64,000 nt of DNA. It comes from Candidatus Woesearchaeota archaeon (GTDB taxonomy: Archaea; Nanobdellota; Nanobdellia; SCGC-AAA011-G17; PNOQ01). The stretch spans positions 56,768 to 120,767 of the forward strand of contig CAYFOF010000002.1 of assembly GCA_964344655.1 (NCBI GenBank), in the 5' to 3' direction. The notes under the pieces are model-generated. The model was not told the origin of the DNA, made no database searches, and saw nothing but the letters and a program-made list of their open reading frames with translations. Position 1 is the stretch's first letter; each line of letters starts with the position of its first letter. Below are positions 39,399-49,534 of the stretch, piece by piece. The translations under genes and the position numbers were made by a program.

Positions 39399-39983
39399 TT
39401 ATCTCTTTTTCGATCCATAATTATTTACAATATACAAAACAATAATAGCCAATAACAAAATCCAAGTAATTGAACAATAATTAAATCCTTTTACACCAAT
39501 TTCCCCAGGTTCATCTATTAATAAACACCCTTCATCATCTTGACACACATAACCTTCATCACAACCCAAATCTTCTGACCAATCTAAACAATTATCACTA
39601 TCATAATAGCCACATCTTTTATACACAACATCATCAGAACAAACTAAATCCCCCGGATTACACTCATCTTCGCAACTAATAACTCCCGGAATTACTGGAT
39701 CTACCTCACTATTATCATTTTCATCAGAACATCCAGGATCTAATGGAAAATCAATTAATCCATCTTCATCATTATCAATCCCATCATCACAATCATAAAT
39801 AATACTTCCGCCAGAAGAACCTCCAGAAGGAGTTTCGCCAGAAGATGACTCTCCAATCACAAGTGTACTTCCCACAGAAGCTTCAGAACTAGGAGAAAAA
39901 ACTAAATTCCCAGATAAACATAAAACAAAAAAAATAACAAAAAGAACAATAAAAATCCAAATTGAATTATTTTTTATATTCAT
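39399..39983 (-). CDS. secreted Cys/Asp-rich protein with C-terminal TM anchor
   Basis: Signal peptide. Calcium-binding-like CDDGIDNDEDGLIDFPLDPGC. C-terminal hydrophobic helix followed by a basic tail (GSKKR). Confidence 0.4.
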   Translation of the reverse strand: MNIKNNSIWIFIVLFVIFFVLCLSGNLVFSPSSEASVGSTLVIGESSSGETPSGGSSGGSIIYDCDDGIDNDEDGLIDFPLDPGCSDENDNSEVDPVIPGVISCEDECNPGDLVCSDDVVYKRCGYYDSDNCLDWSEDLGCDEGYVCQDDEGCLLIDEPGEIGVKGFNYCSITWILLLAIIVLYIVNNYGSKKR

Positions 39984-40609
39984 TGTTTAATATTTTGCTC
40001 AGGGTCTTGGGCAACCATCATTTCTTTTTTTCTTTTATTTTTTCTATATAATATAAACCCAACCAAAGCTAATGCAACAACAATAACTGCAATATAAACA
40101 AACGTAAAATCCCTTCCACTTGGACTACATTGAACAGAAATTCCCATTGGTGCACCAACTGCAATAGCTGCTGCAGAACCTGTAGCTGCCTGTGATTCTT
40201 CTGTATTTACTTCAGAAGCTAAAATTTTACCCTCATATTTAACAATAGAATCTCCACAAACCTGTTTACACATAGTTCCAAATAATAAACAATCATCTTC
40301 ATACACATTTCCAACTTCAAAACAAACTTCAACAGGAATTGCATCAGTATGAGATGTATCCCCTTGAACAAAAGTAGAATCCCCAGTAGATTTTGTAACT
40401 TCCTCTAACTCATCAGAAGGATTCAACATAACATTAACAGGATCTTCCCATGGATTATAAACTTTATATTCTACACACTCTTCAGTGTTTTCATGCACAG
40501 ATAAAGTATCAGCTTCCCAATAAAGCCCCACACCAGATCTCGCAGAAACTCCTTGAGTAAAAACTAATAAACATACAAACAACAACGCCATTATAGTTTT
40601 ATTTTTCAT
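39980..40609 (-). CDS. secreted protein with C-terminal TM anchor
   Basis: Likely start MKNKTIMALLFVCLLVF (signal peptide). C-terminal TM followed by YRKNKRKK. Confidence 0.4.
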   Translation of the reverse strand: MKNKTIMALLFVCLLVFTQGVSARSGVGLYWEADTLSVHENTEECVEYKVYNPWEDPVNVMLNPSDELEEVTKSTGDSTFVQGDTSHTDAIPVEVCFEVGNVYEDDCLLFGTMCKQVCGDSIVKYEGKILASEVNTEESQAATGSAAAIAVGAPMGISVQCSPSGRDFTFVYIAVIVVALALVGFILYRKNKRKKEMMVAQDPEQNIKQ

Positions 40610-40613
40610 TTTA

Positions 40614-41243
40614 TTATACGCAACCAGTAGTTGTTTCAACCCCCTCAAACCATATAACATTACTATATGTTCCTTTTGGTTGTCCAGCATCAACATCTAA
40701 CCAAAATCTATAATTATTCTGACTTCCTGGAGCAACATCTGTACTTCCTAAAACATAATTAGTTGTTAAAGCAGTTCCAGGCAAAGTAGGATTACTAATA
40801 TCGTTTAAAACAGAATCATCCCAAACATAATTTGTTAAAGGAATTGTATCTAAAGCAAGATTTGTTAAAGGTCCATCAGATCTTAAACAAAAATCAACAT
40901 TTACATTAGAATCAGTACTTATTGCTATATCATATCCAGTTTGATCACTTACATCAAAATTTGCAGTAGCACTTTGAGCAACAACAGGTAAATTTTCAAT
41001 AGTACCAAAATCAATACCACCACTTAAATCAGTTGATAATGACAACGCAAGATAAGCAGAAATAGTAACTGAAGATGGGGCAGAAGCCTCAACAGCTTTC
41101 CCAGTTATTGGCACAGTATTATTCTCATCAAAAGTTAAATTTGTAAATAAACCAAAAACCGCAAAGGCAAAAACAAAAATAAGAGCAGATAAAGTAATAT
41201 TTTCAACCCTATTCGATTTTTTCACCACTTTCTTTTTAGGCAT
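40614..41243 (-). CDS. secreted/surface protein, paralogous C-terminal domain with 41275..42309
   Basis: Basic N-terminus followed by a hydrophobic helix. C-terminal TNYVLGSTDVAPGSQNNYRFWLDVDAGQPKGTYSNVIWFEGV is similar to the C-terminus of the next protein. Confidence 0.4.
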   Translation of the reverse strand: MPKKKVVKKSNRVENITLSALIFVFAFAVFGLFTNLTFDENNTVPITGKAVEASAPSSVTISAYLALSLSTDLSGGIDFGTIENLPVVAQSATANFDVSDQTGYDIAISTDSNVNVDFCLRSDGPLTNLALDTIPLTNYVWDDSVLNDISNPTLPGTALTTNYVLGSTDVAPGSQNNYRFWLDVDAGQPKGTYSNVIWFEGVETTTGCV

Positions 41244-41274
41244 ATCTAAAATGATTAATTAATATATATAAACC

Positions 41275-42309
41275 TTACGGTAACTCTCCATGAGGAACTG
41301 CCTTTATATCAACAAGATTAGAATACAATCCAGGAGATTGACCACCCAAAACAGTCAAAAAGAATTTAAAATAAACTGTAGTTCCACTAGGTAAATTCTC
41401 TCCTATTAAATTATCCAAATAATTTGTAGTTAAAGTATGTTTTACTCCAGAAGGAACAGTACTATCCACAAAACTATAGCTAAATTTCTCATTACTCAAT
41501 AAAATACTATTTCCTCCAGAAATTAAATCTCCATTCGCTTTAGCATAAATATCTACATTCGTTCCAGTAGCATCTATTTGAGCATTATAATCTGTTACTC
41601 CACCACCATTATTCCCTTCAGCACCTTTATCAGTAGCAGGCAATTGAGTAACATCCCAAGCAATCCCATTAGCCATAATATTAGATAATGAAACTGAAAC
41701 TGAAACAGCATCTAATGTTGTAAAACTCCAAATCTCACCAGAAAATTCTCCAAAACCATCTTTTGCAACAATTTGCCAAAAATAAGTAGTTCCTGGACTT
41801 AATGAACCCAAATCAAATGTTTTTTCAGTTTGATCACTAGAAACTAAAGCTAAACTCTCTCCAAAATAAACATCATAAGTAAGTGTATCTTCATCCAAAT
41901 CACTAGCATCCCAACTTAAAGTTACTCCACTAATTGGTAAATCAATTTCTCCATTTAAAGGATTTAAATTAGTAACAACAGGAAGAATATTACATACTGG
42001 ATTCGGAATACAATTAACCATACATTGTGATGGAGCAGGACTAAGTTTTGGACTAAGCTGAGGAGAATCATCTACTCCATCTCCTTCAGTTGTAGGAATA
42101 TCTCTAACATCCGGAATCTCGCAAGTTCTTCCATATGTCATTTCATGCACTCCACAAATTCCTTCACCACACCCAATTTCTTCCCATTCTGTACACTCTC
42201 CACAGAAAACATCTTCTGGTGCTAGCTGAGGACCTTTTTGAGCTCCAAAGAAATATATTATTAAAAACAAAACTAAAAAAATAATAACACTATAATACGC
42301 TCTTTTCAT
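41275..42309 (-). CDS. secreted protein with fibronectin type III-like domain and shared C-terminal domain
   Basis: Signal peptide. FN3-like LSWDASDLDEDTLTYDVYFG...TTYFWQIVAKDGFGEFSGEIWSFTT. C-terminal TNYLDNLIGENLPSGTTVYFKFFLTVLGGQSPGLYSNLVDIKAV. Confidence 0.45.
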   Translation of the reverse strand: MKRAYYSVIIFLVLFLIIYFFGAQKGPQLAPEDVFCGECTEWEEIGCGEGICGVHEMTYGRTCEIPDVRDIPTTEGDGVDDSPQLSPKLSPAPSQCMVNCIPNPVCNILPVVTNLNPLNGEIDLPISGVTLSWDASDLDEDTLTYDVYFGESLALVSSDQTEKTFDLGSLSPGTTYFWQIVAKDGFGEFSGEIWSFTTLDAVSVSVSLSNIMANGIAWDVTQLPATDKGAEGNNGGGVTDYNAQIDATGTNVDIYAKANGDLISGGNSILLSNEKFSYSFVDSTVPSGVKHTLTTNYLDNLIGENLPSGTTVYFKFFLTVLGGQSPGLYSNLVDIKAVPHGELP

Positions 42310-42381
42310 AAATAAAAAAAAGAAAGTATACTATATAATCTTATCGATAATTTTATATAATACTAATTTCAAAATTCATTT

Positions 42382-43092
42382 ATGTTAAAAGGAAAAGTTG
42401 CAATTGTTACCGGAGGAACAAGTGGAATCGGTGAAGGGATTGCAAATAAATTCAAAAAAGAAGGTGCAAAAGTGGTTGTTTCTGCAAGAAAAAAAGTTAA
42501 AACAAAACACCATTTCATAAAATGCGATGTTACAAACCCTGAAGATGTAAAAAACTTAGTAAAAGAAACAATAAAAAAATACAAAAAAATTGACATTCTA
42601 GTAAACAATGCAGGAATTTATCCTTTCGTTGAATTCAAAAACATGACTGAGCAACAATGGGATCAAGTTATTGATGTAAATCTAAAAAGTTTATATCGTG
42701 TAACTCATGAAGTTCTTCCACATATGATAAAAAGAAAATCTGGAAAAATAATTAGTACTGCTTCAATTGCTGGAACAACAGTAGGATACCCAAATTTAGT
42801 ACATTATTGTGCATCCAAGGCTGGAGTAATGGGTTTCACAAGAGGCTTAGCATTAGAACTAGCAAAATTAAATATTCAAGTTAATGCAATAGCTCCTGGA
42901 ATTATATACACCCCCGGAGTAAAAAAAGGTTTAGACGCAAAAACAATTAAAGCTCTAAAAAACACAGTTCCAGCAGGAAGAACCGGAAAACCCGAAGATA
43001 TTGCAGCAACTGCAGCTTTCTTAGCATCAGATGAATCACAATACACAACCGGACAAACACTAGTAGTAGACGGTGGATTCACAAATCAATAA
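42382..43092 (+). CDS. short-chain dehydrogenase/reductase (FabG-like)
   Basis: TGGTSGIGEGIA Rossmann motif, NNAG, and catalytic YCASKAG. Confidence 0.8.
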   Translation: MLKGKVAIVTGGTSGIGEGIANKFKKEGAKVVVSARKKVKTKHHFIKCDVTNPEDVKNLVKETIKKYKKIDILVNNAGIYPFVEFKNMTEQQWDQVIDVNLKSLYRVTHEVLPHMIKRKSGKIISTASIAGTTVGYPNLVHYCASKAGVMGFTRGLALELAKLNIQVNAIAPGIIYTPGVKKGLDAKTIKALKNTVPAGRTGKPEDIAATAAFLASDESQYTTGQTLVVDGGFTNQ

Positions 43093-43343
43093 AAAGGCCA
43101 AGCACTATGCCCAAATTGAACTAATAAATCAAATTTTAATTCTTTCAATCCTAGCGGAGTATCACAAGCACCCCAACACGAGCCACACCAAATAACAAAA
43201 TCACAATCAACCTTAGATTTTAATTCTCTAACTATTTCAGTTGCTTTAGGTTTTAATCCATCAGGTAATTGTAAACAAACTAATTTAGCTTTTTCTTTCT
43301 TTATTTCTTTCACTAAATTATCAATTTCTAAATCATATTCCAT
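43086..43343 (-). pseudogene. dph2: truncated dph2 (2-(3-amino-3-carboxypropyl)histidine synthase) N-terminal remnant
   Basis: The 85-aa ORF aligns with the N-terminus of archaeal Dph2 (LVCLQLPDGLKP...WCGSCWGACD...LVQFGHS). It then stops. The remaining roughly 250 aa are absent, and the space is occupied by the convergent SDR gene. Confidence 0.55.
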
Positions 43344-43396
43344 AATATATTTTCAAAAACTAATAGCTTTTTAAAGCTTACCAAACACAAAAATTT

Positions 43397-43729
43397 ATGG
43401 CATACAACCACCCCTGTGGAAAATTAGAAGACCAAACCACTTTAGAATATTCTACTTTAGAAAGTCCGATTCCATGCATTTACAATGATTTATGTAGTGT
43501 AGATGGAATTCCAAACAACTATGAATGTAAACAGGAAGGAGGATGTCCTTCTGATTGCGAAGAATTCTATCACATGATAAAAACCCAAATAAAAGGGATA
43601 GATAAAGGTGCAGATATTTTAGAAAGAATAGTTGAAAAAATGAGAAAAGACCGTGAAAAAGAGGGAGAAATAAAATTAGAAGATGAAGTTCAACCAGAAA
43701 GTGTACAAGATATGTCAACAGATTCCTAG
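43397..43729 (+). CDS. hypothetical Cys-containing protein
   Basis: 110-aa ORF that overlaps the ogt start by 47 nt in another frame. Confidence 0.25.
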   Translation: MAYNHPCGKLEDQTTLEYSTLESPIPCIYNDLCSVDGIPNNYECKQEGGCPSDCEEFYHMIKTQIKGIDKGADILERIVEKMRKDREKEGEIKLEDEVQPESVQDMSTDS

Positions 43730-43979
43730 AGGAAAAGTTTCAACCTACAAAGAAATTGCCAAAAAATTAAATTCTAAAGCTTATAGAGCAGTCGGAAATG
43801 CAATGAATAAAAATCCTTACGCTCCAAAAGTTCCATGCCATAGAGTAATTAATTCAAATGGAAACGTCGGTGGATTTGCTTCAGGCACAAAAAACAAAAT
43901 AAAAATGTTAGAAAAAGAGGGTGTAATAATAAAAAATAATAAAGTAGATTTAAAAAAATACCTACATCAATTCAAATAA
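43683..43979 (+). CDS. ogt: methylated-DNA--protein-cysteine methyltransferase, stand-alone C-terminal domain
   Basis: IPRGKVSTYKEIA...PCHRVINSNG matches the MGMT active-site PCHRV. Confidence 0.75.
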   Translation: MKFNQKVYKICQQIPRGKVSTYKEIAKKLNSKAYRAVGNAMNKNPYAPKVPCHRVINSNGNVGGFASGTKNKIKMLEKEGVIIKNNKVDLKKYLHQFK

Positions 43980-45560
43980 ATCACTTAAATTCAACTCAAA
44001 TCCAACAACAGGATTCTCTAAACTAAAATTCTTAAGGACAGAAGGATGTATTTCACCAATATATCCAATGTCTTTTCCTTTCACGGAAACTCTACCAACT
44101 CTTCCCGAAATAAAAGAATCATGACTTACAGATCTAACTTTTCCAACAATTCCTAAAGAACTAAATAAAGCATCCATAATTTGTCTAGCTTCTGTATATG
44201 AAGCACTAGTATTAGTCAACAATAAACCAACTCTAACTTTCTCCTGAGGCAAAAAAACATTTCCAGCTTCAAATATTTTTTGAGGAACCTCATACTGTCT
44301 ATTTGAACGTAAAACATCTAATAAAGAAGGAATCATCCAAGAACGCATAACATTATATTCTTCATTCAAAGCATTTTCAATCTCAACCAACTTCAAAGAA
44401 ACACCCATATTTTTTGTTTGATCATCTTTCTTAGCTAAATTATAAGTATTAGTCTCTAAATATCCAAAACCGGTCAAAATATTACAAACTTTACTTCTAA
44501 ACTTTTCAAATTCATTCTCTTCAGCAACCCCACCAAAATCACTAATTGTTGCATCAAAGTTTTCATAACCATAAGCAATAGCAATGTCTTCAATTAAATC
44601 AATCTGTGAAATTACATCAGTCCTATAACAAGGTATTTTAACAACATCTTTTTCAACACCATAACCCATTTTTTCTAAATAAGGTTTCACACTCTTCAAA
44701 GATAATCCCAAAACTTTATTCACATAATTAATATCAATTTTAACTTTTCTAGGTTCTAAATCTGGATAAGATTTACCTGAAACATCAACCGAATAAATGT
44801 CTGCACCTCTTTCAGAAAACCCAGTAGCCAAAATATTCAACGCTTGCTCACAAGCTTTCAAATCCAAACCAGTAACATCAATAAACAAATTCTTACTTTT
44901 CACATTAACTTTTGTATCCTCAGAATTTATTATCGGAGGCATACTCAAAACTTTTCCATTTCTATCTTTCCACATTGGAACTTGTTTACAGTCTTCAAGT
45001 AAATGTGCATAATCAACACCCTTTGGATGTTTCTCTAAAATTTCATTCACACTCATCTCTTTCCTCATTTCTAAAGGAATAAATTTAAAATTTCTAGATT
45101 CAACTCCATAAGTTAAAGGAAATTCAATTTTATCCAAATCGTAAACTCCAATAGATAACTTTCTTCTATCTCTTCCAAATGTTTTATGTAATTTTTCTTG
45201 AACTTGCATTAAATATTGTATTATTAATTCATTAAGTTTAACATTTTTAACAACAGCACAAACAACGTGTGGACGAACTTTGTTAACTTTTTTATCAACT
45301 TTAACCTTAAATGAACCTTTATGAACATTATATTTCTCTAATCCTGTTTTTACTCCCATAAAAGAAGATAAAGCTTTAGCAAAACCGGCAGCAGTTAACA
45401 TATCTGGTCTATCCGGGAAAACCTCTACAACAATTTCTTTATCATCCATACTCTCTAAATCAGTTCCCAACATTGAAATTCTATCTTTCAACTCAGCATC
45501 AGAAACTTTCTTTCCAAGCATGTTCAATATATCCTTTTTATCTAATGTAATTGTTGGCAT
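43962..45560 (-). CDS. pheT: phenylalanine--tRNA ligase beta subunit (archaeal type)
   Basis: 532-aa ORF with B3/B4 and B5 domain architecture. Adjacent to pheS. Confidence 0.8.
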   Translation of the reverse strand: MPTITLDKKDILNMLGKKVSDAELKDRISMLGTDLESMDDKEIVVEVFPDRPDMLTAAGFAKALSSFMGVKTGLEKYNVHKGSFKVKVDKKVNKVRPHVVCAVVKNVKLNELIIQYLMQVQEKLHKTFGRDRRKLSIGVYDLDKIEFPLTYGVESRNFKFIPLEMRKEMSVNEILEKHPKGVDYAHLLEDCKQVPMWKDRNGKVLSMPPIINSEDTKVNVKSKNLFIDVTGLDLKACEQALNILATGFSERGADIYSVDVSGKSYPDLEPRKVKIDINYVNKVLGLSLKSVKPYLEKMGYGVEKDVVKIPCYRTDVISQIDLIEDIAIAYGYENFDATISDFGGVAEENEFEKFRSKVCNILTGFGYLETNTYNLAKKDDQTKNMGVSLKLVEIENALNEEYNVMRSWMIPSLLDVLRSNRQYEVPQKIFEAGNVFLPQEKVRVGLLLTNTSASYTEARQIMDALFSSLGIVGKVRSVSHDSFISGRVGRVSVKGKDIGYIGEIHPSVLKNFSLENPVVGFELNLSDLFELM

Positions 45561-45561
45561 T

Positions 45562-47097
45562 TTACACCCAAGATTTCATCTCCCTTAATTGTTTTAGATC
45601 ATTTTTATAAAAATCTCTTAAATCTTTAATCCCATAATAGGGCAAAATAACTCTCCCCAAACCAAATCCCCACGCCAAAACAGGAATATCTTTTCCTAAC
45701 AAAGGTTTAACAACTTCTGGTCTAAATATTCCAGCACCACCAAGTTCAACCCATGTATTTTTTTCCTTAACATGAACATCAATCTCAACAGATGGTTCTG
45801 TATATGGAAAATACGCTGGCCTAAATCTAACATCATCATAACCCATTTTTAAGAAAAACTCTTTCAAATACCCCAGTAAATGTTGGAAATTTGCATTTGG
45901 GTCAATAACAATCCCTTCACTTTGATTAAACTCAAATAAATGACTCCAATCTAAAGCTTCATTTCTATAATTCCTTCCAATACTAAAATATTTTACTGGC
46001 AAATCTTTTTCTTTCAAATCCGCAATAGTTCTTGCAGACAAAACAGTAGTGTGTGTTCTTAAAACTGACTTCATTGCCATTTCCGGATTCCATTTATATT
46101 GCCACCCTTCTTCGTGTTGCTTTTTTACGGCATCAACTATTTTTTTACTTGGAAGTTTAGATTTTCCTTTCAAGAAAAAAGTATCTTGCATTTCTCTTGC
46201 AGGATGATCTTGTGGAACAAACAAAGAATCAAAATTCCAAAAACCACTATTAATTATAGGACCATTCATTTCTTTAAATCCCATACTCAACCAAATTTTC
46301 TTTGCATAATCCTTAGCTTCATTAACAAAATGTCTTTTTCCTGGATAAATTTTAGGAACATTAATCTCAACATCATATTTTCTAAATTTCTTTTTTTCCC
46401 AAGACCCATCTCTAATCATTGCCGGCGTAAGACTCTCAATAAAACTCCCAGTAATTTTTGATTTACTTAACTTCTTTCCTAAAGCAGTAATTTCAATTAA
46501 TTTATCTTTTTGAATAGAAATTTCAACTAAATCTTTTCTCTTCAACAAATCTTTCAATAAATCTTTCTCAATTTTGTTTAAATTTTCTTTATCCTTAGGT
46601 AAACTTTCCAAAAATTTCTCTTCAGGAGATTTAGATTTCAAAATTTTCTTTCCTTCTGAAGTAATTTCTATCTCTTTTCCAAAAATTATGGCTTTTTTTC
46701 TTTTTAATAATCCTAATGAAATATTTACTTCTTGTCTAGACAATCCAGTTTTTTCAGAAATCTCATTCAAAGTCAATCCTTTTTCATTAATTGCTTTCAA
46801 AAATTGTTTTTCAGGCAATCCTTTTTTCAAATAATTCTTTCCATTTTCACCAACATTAACTAATTCAGAATTATCTCTTTTTACTTTAACAACCCCTTTA
46901 TTCTCAAACCATTGTAATGCTCTAGAAATTTCTACCTCTTGCAATTTAGATTTCTCTTGAATTTCCTTTAAACTTTTACATTTAGAAATATAAGGTAAAA
47001 CTTTCCTTTCTAAAGGATGTAATCCCTCAACTAGATCTTTAACACTCATATCAATTTTAGAAACAATATTATTTAAAAAACTAATGGTTTCACACAT
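45562..47097 (-). CDS. pheS: phenylalanine--tRNA ligase alpha subunit
   Basis: Class II aaRS core (FRPAYFPYTEPSVEIDV, GAGIFRPEV, LAWGFGLGR). N-terminal winged-helix repeats. Confidence 0.85.
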   Translation of the reverse strand: MCETISFLNNIVSKIDMSVKDLVEGLHPLERKVLPYISKCKSLKEIQEKSKLQEVEISRALQWFENKGVVKVKRDNSELVNVGENGKNYLKKGLPEKQFLKAINEKGLTLNEISEKTGLSRQEVNISLGLLKRKKAIIFGKEIEITSEGKKILKSKSPEEKFLESLPKDKENLNKIEKDLLKDLLKRKDLVEISIQKDKLIEITALGKKLSKSKITGSFIESLTPAMIRDGSWEKKKFRKYDVEINVPKIYPGKRHFVNEAKDYAKKIWLSMGFKEMNGPIINSGFWNFDSLFVPQDHPAREMQDTFFLKGKSKLPSKKIVDAVKKQHEEGWQYKWNPEMAMKSVLRTHTTVLSARTIADLKEKDLPVKYFSIGRNYRNEALDWSHLFEFNQSEGIVIDPNANFQHLLGYLKEFFLKMGYDDVRFRPAYFPYTEPSVEIDVHVKEKNTWVELGGAGIFRPEVVKPLLGKDIPVLAWGFGLGRVILPYYGIKDLRDFYKNDLKQLREMKSWV

Positions 47098-47262
47098 ACT
47101 TAAAAATTTCAGAAAAGTACTCTAATGTTTCTCTATCTTCTTCTGAAGAAGAATATTCCTTTGCGGCCAAAGGAGCATTTAGCCATGTTTTTGAAGCCTC
47201 ACCAACATTATCTTCTTCATCTGTCCATTCACTAGTATCTGCACAAATTAATTCAGACAAAT

Positions 47263-47772
47263 TCATTTTTCCCTCATAACCCTGTGGGCCTTTCTATCAC
47301 AATATCTTCTAAAATTTTCTATATCTTTATCCATCATATTGAAAATAATTCCTGCAACATCATCTTGTGCTATATTATCCATACTTTCATAATTAGCTTT
47401 GAAATTATACAACATACCAATTGTTTCATCAGAAAAAAGTCCATAATTAATCTTTGGAAAATCATTTCTTGCTAATGCATCTTTAGACTTAACCATTTTT
47501 CCGTATGTAGTAGCATTCTCTAACAAAAATTCAATATATGGAGTAGTTTTAACATCTTCTTTTAGTTCAACAGAAACGGAATCTACAGATTCAACTAAAC
47601 TTTCAATTTCAGAATTATAATAACCATGATAATCAGAAGGAATTTCTCTATCTTCTTGAGAAAATAATCTTTTTAACCTACACAATTCTTCAATAGTAAG
47701 TTCCTCACTAGACTCTTCTGAAACAGCATCAAAATCTGGCCCGCCATCCCATCTTTTAGGTTCGCTTGCCAT
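47263..47772 (-). CDS. hypothetical acidic protein
   Basis: 169-aa ORF. Last gene of the putative TrmB operon. Confidence 0.3.
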   Translation of the reverse strand: MASEPKRWDGGPDFDAVSEESSEELTIEELCRLKRLFSQEDREIPSDYHGYYNSEIESLVESVDSVSVELKEDVKTTPYIEFLLENATTYGKMVKSKDALARNDFPKINYGLFSDETIGMLYNFKANYESMDNIAQDDVAGIIFNMMDKDIENFRRYCDRKAHRVMREK

Positions 47773-47778
47773 TTATAA

Positions 47779-48645
47779 TTACTCTCCTTTAACTTCAGTT
47801 ATTTTTCGAAGGTATTTTACTCCCTCATCAGATCCCGTCAATTCATTTATTCTAGTTAAATATTCTGTAGATAAACCTGCTAATTCTGAATCTACTGGTA
47901 ATTCTTCCAAAATTTTTGCGTCAAGACACTTCGTGTCTTGCCAAATGGGCACCCGCCCATTCGAGCCAGCAATAGACAAATAATCGCTCCCAGCATTCAA
48001 TCCGCCATTCCCATTACGATAAACCCTACGCAATCCATCTTGACCATTTGGTGTCCAAAGTTTAACTCCTTTCTTAGTACTTACTAAGCTTCCTGAAGTT
48101 TCATCATATTCAACTTTTCCATTTTTTTGTAAGAATGTAGCTTCTGTTGCTTGTACGTATTCTGAATCTTCAAATTGGAATATGTCTCCATTTCTAGAAA
48201 CATTTAATCCAGTTACTATTAATGGTATTTCTGTTGATATTTTTCCTAGAATTCCTAAAACTCTTTGTCTATGATCTTCATTAACTCCATCATTCGGATA
48301 TAATGCTACTCCACAAGAATCAAAGTAGTGTGAGCTTCCTTGAGGCAGTGCATCCCAATCTCTAATTAGCTCTGCTGGGGTGTGAACATTTATTCCTCTT
48401 TCTTTTAAGAAATTATAAGCGAAGCATACTAAAGGTACATTTGAATTTGTATTTTTTAATCCTGTTACTTCTTGATATTTAGCTAAAAGTTCTCTATTTA
48501 ATTCTTGATTTAAGTCTCCATTTAAGTGACCAACAACCATATTTCCTTGTTTATTTCCTTCAATTGTATTTTCCGGAGTTTTTCCCAAATACATATTAGG
48601 ACCTAATCCTTGAATCATTTTATTATTTCCCCCATGCTTGTTCAA
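47779..48645 (-). CDS. hypothetical protein
   Basis: 288-aa ORF whose start overlaps the TrmB-family gene by 23 nt. Confidence 0.35.
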   Translation of the reverse strand: MNKHGGNNKMIQGLGPNMYLGKTPENTIEGNKQGNMVVGHLNGDLNQELNRELLAKYQEVTGLKNTNSNVPLVCFAYNFLKERGINVHTPAELIRDWDALPQGSSHYFDSCGVALYPNDGVNEDHRQRVLGILGKISTEIPLIVTGLNVSRNGDIFQFEDSEYVQATEATFLQKNGKVEYDETSGSLVSTKKGVKLWTPNGQDGLRRVYRNGNGGLNAGSDYLSIAGSNGRVPIWQDTKCLDAKILEELPVDSELAGLSTEYLTRINELTGSDEGVKYLRKITEVKGE

Positions 48646-49414
48646 ATAATGAATTCAATGTACCAGCAAAAAATGGACTATTAATCCATACACCAATATC
48701 ATTTTTATCAGTAATTTTTTCATCATCTGTTAACATGAACATCAAATTACTACCATCAACCAAAATAAATCTTGAATCAATTCCTTCAATGTTTTTAATT
48801 GTAGCAATTCCTTTTAATTCATTAACAATAGTTTTTGAATCATCACTTAAAGGTGCAGCAATTTTAATTTTTACACCATTCTTAGATAAATTCTTAAACA
48901 TAAATTTCAAACTATCAACTTTTCTAATCAATCCTTTTTCTGTAGTTGAAATAATCACAGATTCTTTAGCATCTTTCAGAACAGTTTCCATATGATCATA
49001 TAAATTTCTTCTACCTTTTATTGAACCAGAAACAGTTGTTGGATCAACATGTTCTACTCCATTTTTGAACAATAAATCCAATTCACCAAAGAATTCTGTA
49101 TCTTTTAATTGTGAAATAGTCTTTACTTTTGTTTCTGCGTTAGTTAATACAGACTTCTTAACTCTTGAAATAACTTCTTTAGGTTCAACCGCTAAATATT
49201 TTATAGGTTTACCTAATTTCATTAATATAAATCCTCTCTTCTCAAGAGATTCTAAAACGTCATAACTTCTTGATCTTGGAACTCCGCTAATATCTGCCAA
49301 TTCACCAGCAGTAGCTATGCCTTTTGATAACAAAGCCATCCAGATCTTTGCTTCATACTCATTAAGATCGAAAGACGATCTCAACCTTTTTAAAAATGTT
49401 TCATTCATAATCAT
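48623..49414 (-). CDS. TrmB-family transcriptional regulator
   Basis: N-terminal winged HTH ATAGELADISGVPRSRSYDVLESLEKRGF plus a C-terminal TrmB-like domain. Confidence 0.7.
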   Translation of the reverse strand: MIMNETFLKRLRSSFDLNEYEAKIWMALLSKGIATAGELADISGVPRSRSYDVLESLEKRGFILMKLGKPIKYLAVEPKEVISRVKKSVLTNAETKVKTISQLKDTEFFGELDLLFKNGVEHVDPTTVSGSIKGRRNLYDHMETVLKDAKESVIISTTEKGLIRKVDSLKFMFKNLSKNGVKIKIAAPLSDDSKTIVNELKGIATIKNIEGIDSRFILVDGSNLMFMLTDDEKITDKNDIGVWINSPFFAGTLNSLFEQAWGK

Positions 49415-49534
49415 ATTTAATCACATATTTAGAACAAATCATCCATTTATAAACCTTTCTATATATTGCCATTCAAAGGTAGTAAAAAAATCACAATCAA
49501 AAACACTTAAAAAATACGTTACACTCACCCAGTT

